From Mobula hypostoma (lineage: Eukaryota), in NCBI RefSeq assembly GCF_963921235.1, contig NC_086106.1, forward strand, positions 18,600,001 to 18,664,000: a stretch of DNA of 64,000 nucleotides. The letters are read 5' to 3'. Under the pieces are notes generated by a model. That model saw only the letters and a list, made by a program, of their open reading frames with translations, did no database searches and was not told the origin of the DNA. This document shows positions 33,500 through 48,659 of this stretch, in pieces (within the stretch, counting starts at the first letter, position 1; each line of letters opens with the position of its first letter). Both the position numbers and the translations under genes were made by a program.

Positions 33500-36400
33500 T
33501 CTGGACATACAGAGTGGGGAAGAGGGGAGAAATGTGGTAATTGGGGATAGTATAATCAGGGAAATAGACAGTTCCCTGTCGTGAGCGTCCCTTAGGCTGT
33601 GCTGCCTGCCTGGTGCCCGAGTTTGGGACATCTTTATCTGACCTACAGAGGAATTTGCAGTGGAGAGAAAAGATCCAGTTGTTGATGTCCATGTGGGTAC
33701 CAAAGACATAGGTAGAACGAGGAAAGAGGTTCTGCGGAAGAATTTGAACAGTTTGGGACTAAATTAAAGGACAGAACTAAAAAGGTGGTAATCTCTGGAT
33801 TGCTACCTGAGCCACATGCAAATTGGCATAGGGTCAAGAAGAATGGAGAGTTAATGTGTAGCTCAAGGATTGGTGTGGGAGAAGTAGGTTTGAATTAATG
33901 GGAAATTGGCAGCAGAATTGGGAAAGGAGGGAACTGTACCAATGGGATGGGCTCCACCTGAACCATGGTGCGACCTGGATCCCAGCAAGTCACATAACCA
34001 GGGCTGTGGATTGGGCTTTAACCTAAATATTAGGGAGAGGGTGGGTTCAACAGATTGGAGAAGTATGGATAAAGTAAAAGAAAAAAAGTGTCGATAAGAT
34101 AAAGTAAAAGCAAAAGATAAAAAAGAGGAAAGTAAGAGTGGAGTGAAGAGAAGTCAGGTGCAAAAGAGAAAAAGATTACAAGATTTTAAAAACACAATGA
34201 GTGTAAGGTCACTTTATTTGAATGCCTGTAGTATTCAAAACAAGGTCAGTGAACTTGTGGCACAAATCACTACAAAAGGGTATGATTTAGTGGCCATTAC
34301 AGAGGTTGCAGGTGGAGAGGATTGGGAATTAAATATCCAAGGATATCAAGTAATACGGAAAGATAGGCAGGAAGGTAAGGGAAGTGGGATAGCACTCTTA
34401 ATTAAAGATGAGATCGGGGCATTAGTGAGAGATGATATAAGATCTAAGGAGCTGAATGTTGAACCCATCTGGGTAGAGATTAGGAATAGTAAAGGGAAGA
34501 AATTACTGGAGTTGTTTATCGGCCAGTGAATAATAACATTACAGTGGCTTAGGCAATCTTATATATCTGAGGTACATAAGAATGGAACAGCAGTTGTCAT
34601 GGGGGACTTTAACTTGCACATCGATTGGGTAAATCAAGGTGGTCGAGGCAGTCTTGAGGAGGACTTCAGAGAATACATCCATGATTGCTTTCTTGAACAG
34701 CATGTTACTGAACCTACAAGGGAACATGCTATCTTAGATACGGCCCTGTGCAATGAGACAGGTAAAATTAGTGATCTTGTTGTTAGGGATCCTCTTCGAA
34801 AAAGTGATCACAGTATGATTGAATTTTTCATACAAATGGAGGGTTCAGTAGTTCATCTGAAAACAGTGTATTATGCCTGAACAATGGAGACTACAATGGG
34901 ATGAAAGGAGATTTGGCTAGTGTAGATTGGGAACACAGGCTATATGATGGGATGGTTTAAGAACAGTGGGAGACTTTCCAAGATATTTTTCACTTGCTCA
35001 ACAGAAGTATATTCCAGTTAAAAGCAAGGATAGTAAGGGTGGGAAGAGCCAGGCTTGGATACTAAGGAAATAAAAGAAGGTATCAAACTAAAAGCTTGTT
35101 TGTACAGTCACCAAGAGTAGTGGGAACATGGAAGATTGGGAAAACTTAAAAAAGCAACAAACAACCACTAGGCGAGCAATAAAGAGAGGGAAGCTGGATT
35201 ATGAAAATAAAATAGCACAAAATATAAAAAAAGGATGGTAAAAGTGTTTTATAATTATATAAAGTGGAAAGGGGTGGCTAAAGTGAATGTAGATCCCTTG
35301 GAGGATGAGAAGGGGGAATTGATATTGGTTAATGAGGAAATGGCCGAGGCTTTAAATGACTATTCTGTGTTGGTCATCATGGTGGAGGACACGTCTAACC
35401 TGCCAAAGAGAGATGTTATGGATGCTATGGGAGGTGAAGACCTCGATACAATAACTATCACTGAAGAGGTAGTGCTGAGCAAACTTGTGGGCCTGAAGAT
35501 AGATAAGTCCCCTGGTCCTGATGGAATGCATCCCAGGATACTGAAAGAAATGGCAGAAGCTACAGTAGAGGCTTTGGTGATAATTTGCCAAAATTCTGTG
35601 GACTCGAGGCAGGTCCCGGCGGAATGAAAGATGGCAAAAATCACATCACTGTTCAAAAAAGGATGTAGGCAAAAGGCAAGTAACTACAGGCCAGTTAGTT
35701 TAACATCTGTAGTTAGGAAAACGCTTGAAGCTATCATTAAAGAAGAATTGGCAAGGCACCTGGAAAGAAATGGATCCATCAGGCAGATGCAATATGGATT
35801 CAGCAAAGACAAGTCCTGTTTAACAAACTTACTGGAGTTCTTTTACGATATAGCCAGCAATATAGCAATAGAGGGGAGCAGATGGATGTTATTTACTTGG
35901 ATTTACAGAAGGTGTTCAATAAGGTGCTGCATGAAAGAATAATTCATAAGATAGGGATGCATAGAGTGGGGGAGGGAGCGGTGATGTATTAGCATTGATA
36001 GAGGATTGGTTAAATAATAGAAAGCAGACAGTTGGGATACATGGGTGTTATTCTGGTTGGCAATCAGTGGTGAGCAGTGTGATGCAGGGGTCGGTCCACG
36101 ATATACATTAACGATTTGGAAGAGGGGACCGAGTGTAGAGTACCTAAGTTTGCTGGTGGTACTAAATTGAGTGGAATAGCAAATTGTGCAGAAGATACGA
36201 AGAGTCTGCAGTGATATATAGATAGTTTAAATGAATGGGCAAGGGTCTGGCAAATGGAGTACAATGTTGGTAGATGCGAGGTAATCCACTTTGGAAGAAA
36301 ACATGGAAGATCAGATTTCTACTTAAATGGTAAAAAATTGCAGCACGCTGTTGTGCAAAGTGACTTGGGAGTGCTTATACATGAATCGCAGAAGGTTGGT

Positions 36401-37080
36401 TTGCAGGTGCAGCAGGCTATTGAGAAGTTAAATGGAATGTTGGCCTTCATTGCTGGAGGGATTGAATTTAAGAGCAGGGAGGTTATGCTGTAACTGTACA
36501 GGGTACTGGTGAGGCTGCATCTGGAGGACTGTGAGCACTCTGGTCTCCTTACTTGAGGAAGCATATACTGGCTTTGGAGGTGGTGCAGAGGAGATTCACT
36601 AGGTTGATTCCAGAGGTGAGGGGATAAGACTATGAGGAGAGATTGAGTCACCTGGGATTTTACTTTCTGGAATTCTAAGAATGAGAGGAGATCTTAGAGA
36701 AACATATAACGTTATGAAAGGGATAGGTAAGAAAGAGACAGGAAAGTTGTTTCGACTGGTAGGTGAGACTAGAACTAGGGGACATAACCTCAGGATATGG
36801 GGGAAGTAGATTTAGGATGGAGATGAGGAGCAACTGCTTTTCCCAGACAGTAGTGAATCTGTGGAATTCTCTGCCTAATGAAGCAGTGGAGGCTACCTCA
36901 GTAAATATATTTAAGACAAGGTTGGATAGATTTTTGCATAGTAGGGGAATTAAGGGTTATGAGGAAAAAGCACGTAGGTGGAGATGAGTTCATGGTCAGA
37001 TCAGCCATGATCTTATTGAATGGTGGAGTATGCTCAATGGGCCAGATGGCCTACCCCTGCTCCTTATGTTTTTATGTTCT
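33500..37080 (+). mobile_element. Near full-length degenerate CR1-clade LINE
   Basis: ORF1-like GDSIIR/CLPGARV region (~33540), APE (34143-34880), RT (35235-36700), (ttatg)n-like tail at ~37065. Confidence 0.85.
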
Positions 37081-37184
37081 TACGTCAGTGGACAAATATC
37101 CCACTGAGAAGCAGGGACTGAGATACACCAGTCAGTGGTCAGATATCCCCCAGAGAGACAGGGACTGAGAGACACCAATCAGTC

Positions 37185-40100
37185 CATAAACCATAAGACC
37201 ATAAGATATAGGAGCAGAACTGGGCCATTTGGTCCATCAAGTCTGTTCCAACATTTCATCACGGCTGATCCAATTTTCCTCTCAGCCCCAAGCATCTGCT
37301 CCTCCCCTTATCCCTTCATTCCCCGACCAGTCAAGAAACTATCAACCTCTACCTTAAATATACAAAAAGAATTGGCTTTCACAGTTGCCTATGACAAAGA
37401 ATTCCCCAGAATCTTCATTTTCTGGCTCAAGAAATTCCCCTCCATCTCCATTCTAAAAGGACAGCTCTCTATATCCTCTCTACATCCACTCTATCAAGGC
37501 CTTTCACCATTTGATTGGAATCGATGAGGTCACATCTCATTCTTCTGAATTCTAGTGAATATAGGCCTAGATCCATCAAATGTTCTTCATATGACAAGCC
37601 AGTCAATCCTGGAATCATTTTCATGAACCTCCTTTGAACTCTCTCCAGTTTCAGCACATCTTTTCTAAGAAAAGGGACACAAAACTGCTCACAATACTCC
37701 AAATGATGCCCCACGATTGCTTTATAGAGTTTCAATGTTACATCCTTGATTTTAGATTCCAGTCCTCTTGAAATGAATGCTAACATTGTATTTTCATGTA
37801 GTTTCATTTCTTCTGCCTCTCTCCCTTCTTGAAGAGTGGAATGACATTCACAATTTTCCATTCTTCCAGATCCAGTCCAGAATCTAGTGATTCTTGAAAG
37901 ATCATCACTAATGTCTCCGCGATCTTTTCAGCCACCTCTTTCAGAAAGCCTGTTTGTGTACATCATCCAGTCCAGGTGACTTATCTACCTTCAGACCTTT
38001 CAGTTTCCCAAAAACCTTCTCTCTAATTGTGGTAACTTTACACACTTCATGACCCCTGACACCTGGAACTTCCACCATACTGCTAGAATCTTCCACAGTG
38101 AAGACTGATGCAAAATACTTATTCAGTTCATCTGCCATTTCCTTGGCCCCCATTACTACCTCATCGTTTTCCAGTGGTCCAATATCCACTCTCACCTTCT
38201 TTTACACTTTATGTATCTGAAGAAATTTTGATATCCTCTTTAAAAATGTTGGTTGGCTTACTTTTGTATTCCATCTTTACCTCCTTAATGACTTCTTTAG
38301 TTTCCTTCTGTTGCTTTTTAAAAGCTTCTAAATCCTTTAACTTCCCACTAATTTTTGCTCTATTATATGCCCTCTCATTGGATTTTATGTTGGCTTTGAC
38401 TTCTCTTGTTAGCCATGGTCATGTCATCTTTCCTTTGGCAGACTTCTTCCTCTTTGGGAAGAATATCTCCTGTGCCTTTCGAATTGCTTCCAGAAATCCC
38501 AGCCATCGCTGCTCTGCCGTCATCCCTGCCAATGTTCTTTTCCAATCAGTTCTGCCCAGCTCCCCTCTCATGCCTCTGTAATTCCCTTTGCTCCACTGTA
38601 ATACTGATACATCGGACTTTAGCTTCTCCTTCTCAAATTTCATGTTGAATTTCATCATATTACGATCACTAAACAATTCTGGTTTATTGCATAAAACCCA
38701 ATCCAAAATATCCGATCCCTTCATGGGCTCAACTACAAGCTGCTTTAAAAAGCCATCTCATAGGCACTCTTGAAATCCCTTCTCCTGGAATCCAGCACCA
38801 ACTTGATTTTCCCAGTCCACCTACATATTGATATGCCCCATGACTATTGTAACATTGCTCTTCTGGCATGCATTTTCTATCTCCCTTTGTAATTTGTAGG
38901 CGACATCCTTACTGCTGTTTGGGGGCCTGTACACAACTCCCATCAAGGTCTTTTTATCCTTACAGTTCCTTAGTTCTATCCACAATGATTCAACACCTTC
39001 CAACCCTTCATCATCTCTCGCTAATGATTTGATTTCATTTTTTACCAACAGAGCAAAGTCCCTCCATCTGCCTTTCTGTCTGTCCTTACGATACAATGTG
39101 TATCCTTGGATATTACGCATCTAGCTAGAATCTTCTTTCAGCCATGATTCCATGACGTCTACAACGTTATTCCTACCAATCTGCAAATGTGCTGCAAGTT
39201 CATCTACCTTATTCCATAAACTGCACATATTTGAATATAACACCTTCAGTCCTGTATTCACCCTTTTTGATTTTGTCTGCATTTCTGTTGCAACTCATCC
39301 TTTTGACTGAAAGTTTGCCCTATCAAGAGCCTCTCCTCACTACACATTGTCTCTGTTTGTAAACCAACTACCTCATCTGCAGCACTATTATCCACCTTTT
39401 GTATGATACTTCTTGCATTTAAATATAGGCAGCCTAGGACACTAGTTGCACCATGCTCAACCTCTTGATTCCTAATTACGTCTGAGGTCTTACCAACATC
39501 TGCCTTCACAACCTTTCCATTAACTGTTTTGGCACTCTGGTTCCCATCATCTGCAGCTTGGGTTGAAACCCCACACTGCAGCATTAACAGACCTTCACAC
39601 TAGGATATTAGTCCCCCTCCAGTTCAGGTGCAAGCCATCCCTTCTATTCAGGTCCCACCCTCCCTGGAAGAGTGCCGAATGATCCAAAACTCCTACCTCT
39701 CTCCTACACCAACTCCTTAATCTTCCTAGCTCTGGCCTCACTTGCATGTGGCATGGGTAGCAATCCTGAGATCACAACCCTGAAGGTCCTGCTATTTAAC
39801 TTAGCACCTAACTCCCTGAACTCCCTATGCAGAACTTTGCCATTTGTCCTTCCCATGTCATTGGACCACGACTTCTGGCTGTTCACCCTCTCACTTAAGA
39901 ATGCTGAGGACTCGGTCCAAGATATCCCAGACCCTGGCACCCAGGAGGCAACATAACATCCTCGAATCTCGTTCTCGCTCACAGAACCTACTGTCCATTC
40001 CCCTGACTAATGAATCCCCTATCACCACAGCGTGTCTCTTCTGCCCCCTTCCCTTCTCAGTCACAGAGACAGGCACAATACCAGAGAACTGATCACCATA

Positions 40101-40400
40101 ATTTTCCTCTGTTAAGTCTCCCCCCCCACCCCCACCCAACAGGATCTAAAGTGATATACCTGTTGATGAGGGGGATGGCCACTGGGGTACTCCATACTGG
40201 TTCCTTAGCTCCTTTCCCCTTCCTGACTGTCACCCAGTTTCCTGTGTCATGCACCTTGACTGTAACTACCTCTCTGTATGTCTTATCTTTCAGCCTCTCA
40301 GCCTCCTGAAGGATTCAGAGTTCATCCAGTTCCAGCTCGGACTCTTTAACGTGAATTGTTAGAAGCTGCAGCTGGATTGACTTTTCACAATTGTAGTCAT
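37185..40400 (-). mobile_element. Degenerate CR1-clade LINE(s)
   Basis: ORF pieces 39891-40139 (VIGDSLVRG), 38821-39120 (APE), 37941-38195, 37469-37861. Confidence 0.8.
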
Positions 40401-40599
40401 CAGGAACATCCCTGCCTTTCCACATCCCACATGAGGAGCATTCAGCTTCAGCCTGGCTTCTCTACTGTCCTAGCTGAACAGATATAAAGAAGGGAAGGAA
40501 AAAAACCTAGATTTTTTCTTTTCTTTGCCTTCTTTGTCTGAAGCCTCCCTTCGTAGAAGCCTCAAAGAGTTAAAGCCTCCAGATCACCACTTTGACTCT

Positions 40600-41330
40600 G
40601 TCCACTCCAATGATGGCCATTGATCTTCCACCTGCCTTCCTTTAATTTGGTTTTGCTAATCAAACCCAAATGCTGACTGGTCACTGTTAGGGTCATATAC
40701 TGTGTTCGGTGCTCCCGGTTTGGTCTCCTGTACACCAGTAAGACTCTACGTAGATTGGGAGAGCACTTCGCTGAGCACTTATGCTTCATCCAGCAGAAAA
40801 AGTGGGATCTCCTAGTGGCCACCCATTTTAATACCACTTCCCATTCCCATCTGTCCATCCATGGCATCCTCCACCATCATGATGAGGCCACACTTGGGCT
40901 GGAGGAACAACACCTTATATTCTGTTTGGGTAGCCTCCATCCTGATGGCATGAACATCAATTTCTCAGACTTCTGGTAATGCCCCCACACCCCCTTCACT
41001 ATCTCACACCCCCTTTTCTATCTATCGCCTCCCTCTGCTATCCTCGCCACTTTTCTTTCTTCTATATCCTTCTGTCTCTTTCACCAATCAGCTTCCCAGC
41101 TCTTTACTTCATCCTTCCCATTCCAAGTTTCACCGATCACCTCGTGTTTCTTTCTCGCCTCCCCCACCTTTTATATCTGCTCCTCAGCTTTTTTTTCTCT
41201 AGTCCTGCTGACTGAATCGTCAACTGAATTCTTTTCCATAGATGCTGCCTGGCCTGCTGAGTTCCTCCAGCATTTTGTGTGTGTTGCTCGGATTTCCGGC
41301 ATCTGAAGATCTTCTCTTGTTTGTGATCAA
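40600..41330 (+). mobile_element. Penelope-like element 3' fragment
   Basis: ORF 40755-40979: HFAEHL...VATHFN...LEEQHLIFCLGSLHPDGMNI. Confidence 0.7.
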
Positions 41331-41421
41331 ATAATGATTTTAAAATCTAACACAAAACTACTGGTCTATCAGCTACAGTGATCTCTGTCCTCCTGTTTGC
41401 TTCTGAGACTTGGACTACCTG

Positions 41422-42452
41422 TACTCAGTGGTCACTTAATTCGGTACACCTGTACACCTGCTTGTTAATCGAGGGAGTTAGATATGGCCCTTGTGGCTAA
41501 AGGGATCGTGGGTATGGAGGGAAAGCTGGTACAGGGTTCTGAGTTGGATGATCAGCCATGATCATATTGAATGGTGGTGCAGGGTCAAAGGGCCGAATGG
41601 CCTACTCCTGCACCTATTTTCTATGTTTATATGTTAATGCAAATATATAATCAGCCAATCATGTGGCAGCAAGTCAATGCATAAAAGCATGCAGGCATGG
41701 TCAAGAGGTTCAGTTGTTGTTCTGACCAAACATCAGAATGGCGAAGAAATGTGATCTAAGTTGTAACGAGAGAGCTATGGATGGTGGTGAATCCAAGTGC
41801 AGAGTAACGTCTAGAATTAACTCAGACTAGAAATAAACAAGACAAAACAAATAAAATCCAAAGGCGAATTCACAAACAGTGGAACTAGAAATAGTACTCT
41901 TATGATTGAGCACTGAGTGCTCAACATGAGGCCCTTAAGTACAGACTTTCCATGGTGGAATGCGGCAGGCAATAATTGGCAGTCTAACTCTAAAAGGGAC
42001 AGCGGCAGCTACCCATGTTCCGGGGAACTGGAGTGCCAAAACTTGGATGCCTGCTGCTGCTCATCTGGATCATGACACAAAGTGATTTTGTCGATGGAAT
42101 GATTGTTGGTGCCAGACAGGATGGTTTAAGCATCTCAGAAACTGCTGATCTCCTGGGATATTCGTGCAGAACAGTCTCTAGAGTTTATAAGAAATGGTGT
42201 GAAAAACAAGAAACATCCAGTGAGTGGAAGTTCTGTGGGTGAAAACACCTTGTTAATGAGAGAGGTCAGAGGAAAATGGCCAGAGTGGTTCGAACTGACA
42301 GGAAGACTCAAATAACCATGTGTTTCAACAGTGGTGTGCAGAAGAGCATCTTTGAATGCACAACATGTTGAATCTTGAAGTGGATGGGCTACAGCAGCAG
42401 AAAACCACACCAGGTTTCACTCCTGTACTTAACAAAGTGGCCACTGAATGTA
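41422..42452 (+). mobile_element. Internally deleted Tc1/mariner-like DNA transposon
   Basis: Imperfect TIRs (tactcagtggtcacttaatt.. / ..aacaaagtggccactgaatgta); transposase N-terminal fragment GMIVGARQDGLSISETADLLG. Confidence 0.75.
41762..42079. mobile_element. Solo LTR (318 bp) nested in the Tc1-like element
   Basis: TGT...ACA termini; 4-bp TSD aagt; host sequence resumes in register. Confidence 0.75.
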
Positions 42453-43454
42453 CATCACACACTGTTTGTTTATTCAGTTTTGGGATCTGGGGATTGTTGG
42501 GAAGGCCAGTGTTAATTGTCCATTCAGGGATGTTCTGGAGGTGGTGGCAAGTGGTGTTATTGAACTACGGTAGTCCTTCAGGAGAAAGTGCTCTCACACT
42601 GCTGTTGGACAGGGAATTTCTGATTTAGACCCAGTCATTACAAAGTATTGATAGAGTATTTCCAACTCTGGATAATGAATGATGTGCTGTTGGTGATGTT
42701 CTTATGTACTTTGCCTTTGCTAGTTCAGCTGTCCCTTGGCGGAGAGGCCTATTGCCATGATTTGTCAAAGGCAGTCAGTCAGTCTGATCTCATCTCTGGA
42801 ATTCAGCTCTTTGGCCTGTGCTTGTACCAAGGCTGTGATCAACAAAGAACCAAATGGTCCTGGCAAAACCTGAACTGGTCACTGGTGATAAGGTTATTTT
42901 GTGAGTAAGTGCCACTTGCCAACACTGTCAGCTATGGTTCCCACCACATTACCGAAGATTGTGTAGACTTGTTTTGCAATTATTGGCTGATTAGATTTGT
43001 CCCTTATATTGAGAGTGGGCATACAGTGCAATTTTTCCGATTCTTGTGTAGATGTCAGTCTTGTATCTGTACTGGAGCAGTTCAGCTGGAGCAACCCGTC
43101 TAATGGGATTGGGCCAGAGCACAAATGTTCTGCTTTCAGCAGAAATAAGCACTAACTTGAATCTGAGCCCAATTCTGCTTTATTCCCAAGAGATACCAAT
43201 ATTAAATTTTGGTTCACGACAGCTTTGTGCTGTTTCTCTCCAGAGGACATATGTCTCCATGGTTGCATGGACCCTTTTTCTCTTCAGACTTTCAGCCCCA
43301 TTAGTCAATCCTCTTTTACAAGGATGTTGCCTGAGCTTGAGGATCTGAGTTATAGGGAAAGGCTGAATAGGTCAGGACTTTATTCACTGGAGGGGAGGAG
43401 AATGAGGGGAGATTTGACAGAGGTATACAAAATTATGAGGAGTATAGATTACGA

Positions 43455-43830
43455 AGACATGCAGTCCTCCTTTATTGTCATTTAGTAATGCATGCATTAA
43501 GAAATGATACAATATTTCCTCCGGTGTGATATCACAAAACACAGGACAGACCAAGACTGAAAAAACTAACAAAACCACTTAATTATAACATATAGTTACA
43601 ACAGTGCTATGATACCATAACTTGATGAAGAAGTCCATGAGCACAGCAAAAAGTTCAAAGTCTCTCAAATGTCCCACACCTCACTCAGACGGGAGAAGGA
43701 AGAAAAACTCTCCCTGCCATACCCGACCACAGTCCGACTCTGAGTCATCCGAAAACTTCGAGCCTCCGATCAGCTCTCCGACACCGAGTACTGAGTGCCA
43801 TCTCTATCTGAACGATTCGACCTCAATCTC
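43455..43830 (-). mobile_element. Non-autonomous retroposon inside a CR1 3' end (same family as 61245-61885)
   Basis: Reverse complement of the ...atgcatgcatt..aaatgacaataaa..aggact tail at ~61830. Confidence 0.55.
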
Positions 43831-45449
43831 GGGCAAATATAAGCAGACTTTTTCCACTGAAGTTTGGTGAGACTAGAACTAGAGGTCATGGGTTAAGGAT
43901 GAAAGGTGAAATGTTTAAGGGAAACAATAGGGGGAACTTCTCCACTCAGATGGTGGCGATAGTGCGGAATGTGCTGCCAGTGGAACTGGTGGATGTGGGT
44001 TCAATTTCAACATTTAAGAGAAATTTGGATCGGTACATGGTGAGCTGTGGTCTGGGTACGGGTCAATGGGACTAGGCAGATTAATAGTCTGGCATGGACT
44101 AGATGGGCTGAAGCATCTGTTTCTGTGTTGCAGTGTTCTAGTTTCTATGACTCTACAAGAATTGCTTATTGGTATTATCTTCAGTAGCATGATTTTTCTT
44201 TTTAAAAAGTCCTTTTCCTCTGGAATATCCCTTGTTCAGATTAAGTCAAACTGATATCTCCTACAGGAAGCCTGAGAAGGAAATATCCCCGATATCACTG
44301 CCCAGTTTTGCCCACCTGTGAAGAATGAAAATATGAAATGTGTTTCTGGTAAATCAACAGCTGCACACAGAGATTCTGTTCAAATTTATCCCGTGCACTG
44401 TGTCAGAAGGAGGTTGCTCAGCCCTCCAGTCTTGACCATTTCCACGGAGAATTCCAAATATCCAATGCCCTGAATATCCTGGCACTGGAATAAACAGAAG
44501 AAGCAACAGATTCTCTCTGTTATTCTTCTGCACCATTCTTCAAGGATTTTAAACTTCCCAATTACATTAGCCTTCAATTTTCCACACTTCAGGGACCAAA
44601 AACCAGACCTAATATTCCATCCCAATCCCAATTGCACTTCACTGTGCCTCATCTACAAAACCCCTTCTCCAAGGAAGACATATTCTTCCTGAGGGTTGAT
44701 GCCAAGAATCACAGCCAGTGCTCCACATATGGTCTAATTCGATCTCTACTCCATAGCAGTGTAATATCCACCCCCCCCTGTATCCCTGTTTTCCCCATTA
44801 ACTGCAGCACATTGAGACCTTTAGCTTAAATTCATCCTTAGGATTAATTGAAACCCAAACCTGCCAGTGGTCTCTCACCAAAAGTAAACCTTCCACATTC
44901 CCTCTCTGTCTGCTGGGATTGGTTATTCCCTTATGGAATCTGTGTCAGTCAGCTGACACAGCAGAAACAAGACCTGTCCAAACAACAACCTCTGTGACTG
45001 TGGGTCGTTTACTTCCGTATGTTTCTCACCACACATTAGTATTTTCGTATGTCCCTGACTCAGTCTACCGTTGGCTTGTATTCATTACAGGTTGTTTAAA
45101 CTTAGAATCATAGAAACTGACCCTTTGGCCCATTTAGTCTATGCTGAACCATTTAAATTGACTCCCGTTGACTTGCGCTGGGACTATAGCTTTGCATACC
45201 CCCACCATCCATGTACCTATCCAAACTTCTCTTAAGTGTAGAAATTGAGCTTTGAATGCACCACTTGTGCTCGCAACTCATTCCACACTCTCTCAACCCT
45301 CTGAGTGAAGAAGTTTCCCCTCATGTTCTCTTTAAACTTTTCACCTTTCACCTTTAACCCATGGCTTCTTGCATTTACCCTATCTATAGCCCTCAAAATG
45401 TTGTTTATCTTTCTAGGCTTATGGCTGTAGGATAAAAATCTCACAGCTT

Positions 45450-45950
45450 TGTCTGAATTGGGACATGGGCCATGCTCTGCTCTACTTTACACCATTGACT
45501 ATGTGGCAAGGCACAGCTCAAATTCCATTTACAGATTTGTCAATGACTCAACTGTTGTTGGCAGAAGCTCAGATTGTGAAGAGGAGGCGTACAGGAGTGA
45601 AATAGATCAACTAGTTGAGTGATGTCACAATAACAACCTTGCACTCAACGTCAGTAAGACCAAGGAATTGAATGTAGACTAGGAAGAGGACGTCGAGGGA
45701 CTACACACCACTCATAGTCAGGGGAGCAGCAGTGGAAAGGCTTAGCAGTTTCAAGTTCCCATATGTCAGCATCTCTAAGGGTCTCCCCCGGGCCCAACAT
45801 ATTGATGCAGTTACAAAGAAGTCACGTCAGTGGCTATATTTCATTTGGAGTTTGAGATAATTTGTGATATCACCAAAGAGTCTGGTAAATTTGAAAAGAT
45901 GTAATGTTGAGGGCATTCTAACTGGTTGCATCAATATCTGGTCCCAGGAA
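45450..45950 (+). mobile_element. Rex1/Babar-like LINE RT fragment
   Basis: Degenerate xADD region and LNVSKTKEL motif, similar to 48952+. Confidence 0.6.
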
Positions 45951-48659
45951 GAGATAAAGAGAGTGGGAGAGGAAGATGGTGAAGGAAAGGAAACTCAATA
46001 GATTTTGTTAATCTCTCGTGACTCTGGTACTGCACAGAGTTAAATGAAACGTACAACACAGGAGCAGATTCTGACCAATTATTTCATGTCATTGTTTATT
46101 TTCCACATGAACCTCCAGTCACTCCACCTTTGTGCAACTGGGTTAACTTCTCCTTCTGTTCCCTTTCCCTACATTCACATCTGTTGGAGAGATCTATATT
46201 CTCCCCAACCTCTGGATGAAAAATCCAAATTGGATGATCAGTGATTATTTACAATAGTTTTGTTCCCCACCACCCCCACCCCTGCAGATGGAAGCATTTT
46301 TGTCCTCCACCCAATCAAGTATTTTTATTTGAGCACCTAAACCTTTCATATATTACTAATAAAATCAAAATTTCCCTGTTTGCACAAGAAAAAGCCCAGA
46401 AGTTGAATCCTGTACATTCCAGCATCAAGAAGACAGTGTCCCTGCTGGGAGAATTTCGTGGGACCGGGTAAGGGGAGAGTACAGATTGCTTTTTGTCCAA
46501 GTTAAAGCATAGATTTTCATGTCTGTATTAACCTGGGTGAAACTTCATGAACCCTCAGTTCTGGTTGCTCCATTGTAAGGATGTGGAGGCTTTGCAGAGG
46601 GTGTAAAAGACGTTCATGAGCATGTTGCCTAAATTGAAGAATATTGGCTGTAAGGAGAGTTTGAACAATATTTGACTGTTTACTCTGGAGTGTCGGCTGA
46701 GGGGCAACCTGATAGAGGCTTATAAAAGTAGGACAGTCATCCATAAGGTTGGCAGTCAGAGTCATTTTCCCAGAGTAAAATGTTATATCCAAAAGGACAG
46801 AGATTTAAGGTGAGGGTGTAACATTTAAAGGAGATGTGCGGTGTAAGCTTTTTCTTTAAACATGGAGAGTGGTAGGTGTCTGTAACACACTGCCAGGGGT
46901 AATGGTGGAAGCAGCATGACAGGATCTTTAAGATACATTTGAAAAAGCACATGACCATTCAGGATATGGAGGAATATGGATTATGTGCAGATAGTTCAGT
47001 TTAGATTAATTTGGTGTTCTGGTTGTCACAGTCATCATGGGCTGAAAGGCCTGTTCCTGTGCTGTACTGTTTTGTGTTGTAGGTTTACTTGAAGCTCAGT
47101 AACTATGTGTTATTAATAGCTGACAGATGTCTGAAACTCTGCGATAACATTAACACTCAGTCCTTACACTTCCTCTCGGGTTTCACAGGCAGGTTTAATT
47201 TGAGCAGGGGGCCCTCCCAGTGGAGCTGTGTTACTAAAAAGAATAAACACACTGCTTTACACATGGAAATACAATTCTAACATTGTGCTTTGCACCAACA
47301 AACAGGTTGACGTTTACTACACAGAATGAGACAAAATGAATCAAAACTAAAGGGCAAAAGATGCAGAGACAACAAGACCCTCTCCTCGGTACAGAGCATT
47401 TGCCACATGTCAGAAACAGGCTCACTGTAATGACGATTGGCTGTTACTGATTGATTTATTGATTATGTAATGGGAATGAACAGTTCAAATGTAGGTACAC
47501 CTGCATTTTATGTTCTGAAGCAGTTGAGAGAATCCCACCAACAACTGAAAGTGTGTTTGCTCAGACTGAGCACAGAAGTCCATCCTGATGTCTGTAATTC
47601 AGGTGATCAGATAATTGTGAATTGGCAGCAATAAAATGGAACATAAGGACAAATCACAAGATGCCATGGACTGCCTTATGAACATTCCATTGATGGGCAG
47701 AATCCCGGTGTGACATGCTGGATGGAGCAGGTGTTTCCTGATGAGAACGAAGGCTGCCTGGTGAATCAAGTTTAGACTGAAACAGCAACACAGACCACAA
47801 TCACTATGGATCACTGTGGGAGCTGGGGGTTATCATTGGCCTGGAAGCTCTCAGGCTCTGAAGATCAAGGATAACAAATGGGTATTCAGAGAGAACCAAT
47901 AATCTGTTATCCAATTGTCATTGAAATATTGTCAGCTGATGAGGTGTGCAAGTATAGATATCAACTAAACTTTTCTTTCTGACATCTGGACAGTAAACTG
48001 TGTAGATTTACTCTTGTAAGGGCCTTGGACCCAGTACCTTGCTATTTGATTTTTGTGTTCACCTTGAATAAAATAAAATCACCTGAACTGATCCGCCTTA
48101 ACAAGATTCAGCCCAGGTTTAAATTTTGAACAATGAATCCATCAGACAGGCTGGGCAACCCTAGATAAACTCAGTTAAAATCTACACGAACCGTTAACCA
48201 CTGAGTCTGTACTAACCATTACCCACCTATTTACATTAATCCTAGTGTTTTAATTCCCTCCCATGTTATCATCAATTCCCACATCCAACCCCCTCCCACA
48301 GAAGATTCTACTCTTCACTTGCACTGATATTTGCTTCATCATTAGTTATGGATGAGATGCTGGAAGACTGGATGGTAGTGAACGTCATGCCTTTATTTAA
48401 TGGCTGCAGAGAAAAAGATTGTGAACCATACAGCAGTAAGTCTAACCTGTCTGTGGTAGGTAAGTTACTGGAGAGGATTCTGATGGATAAAATATACATG
48501 CACCTGGAAAGATGGGTTGACTAGTAGACACCACAGCTTTGTGCATGGGAGATCATGTCTTATGAATTTGATTGAGTTCCACAAGTTCAATGAGAGCAGG
48601 GCAGTGGACAAGGTCCATACGGATGTTGGTAAAGCCTCGGATAAAGATCCCATATTGTT

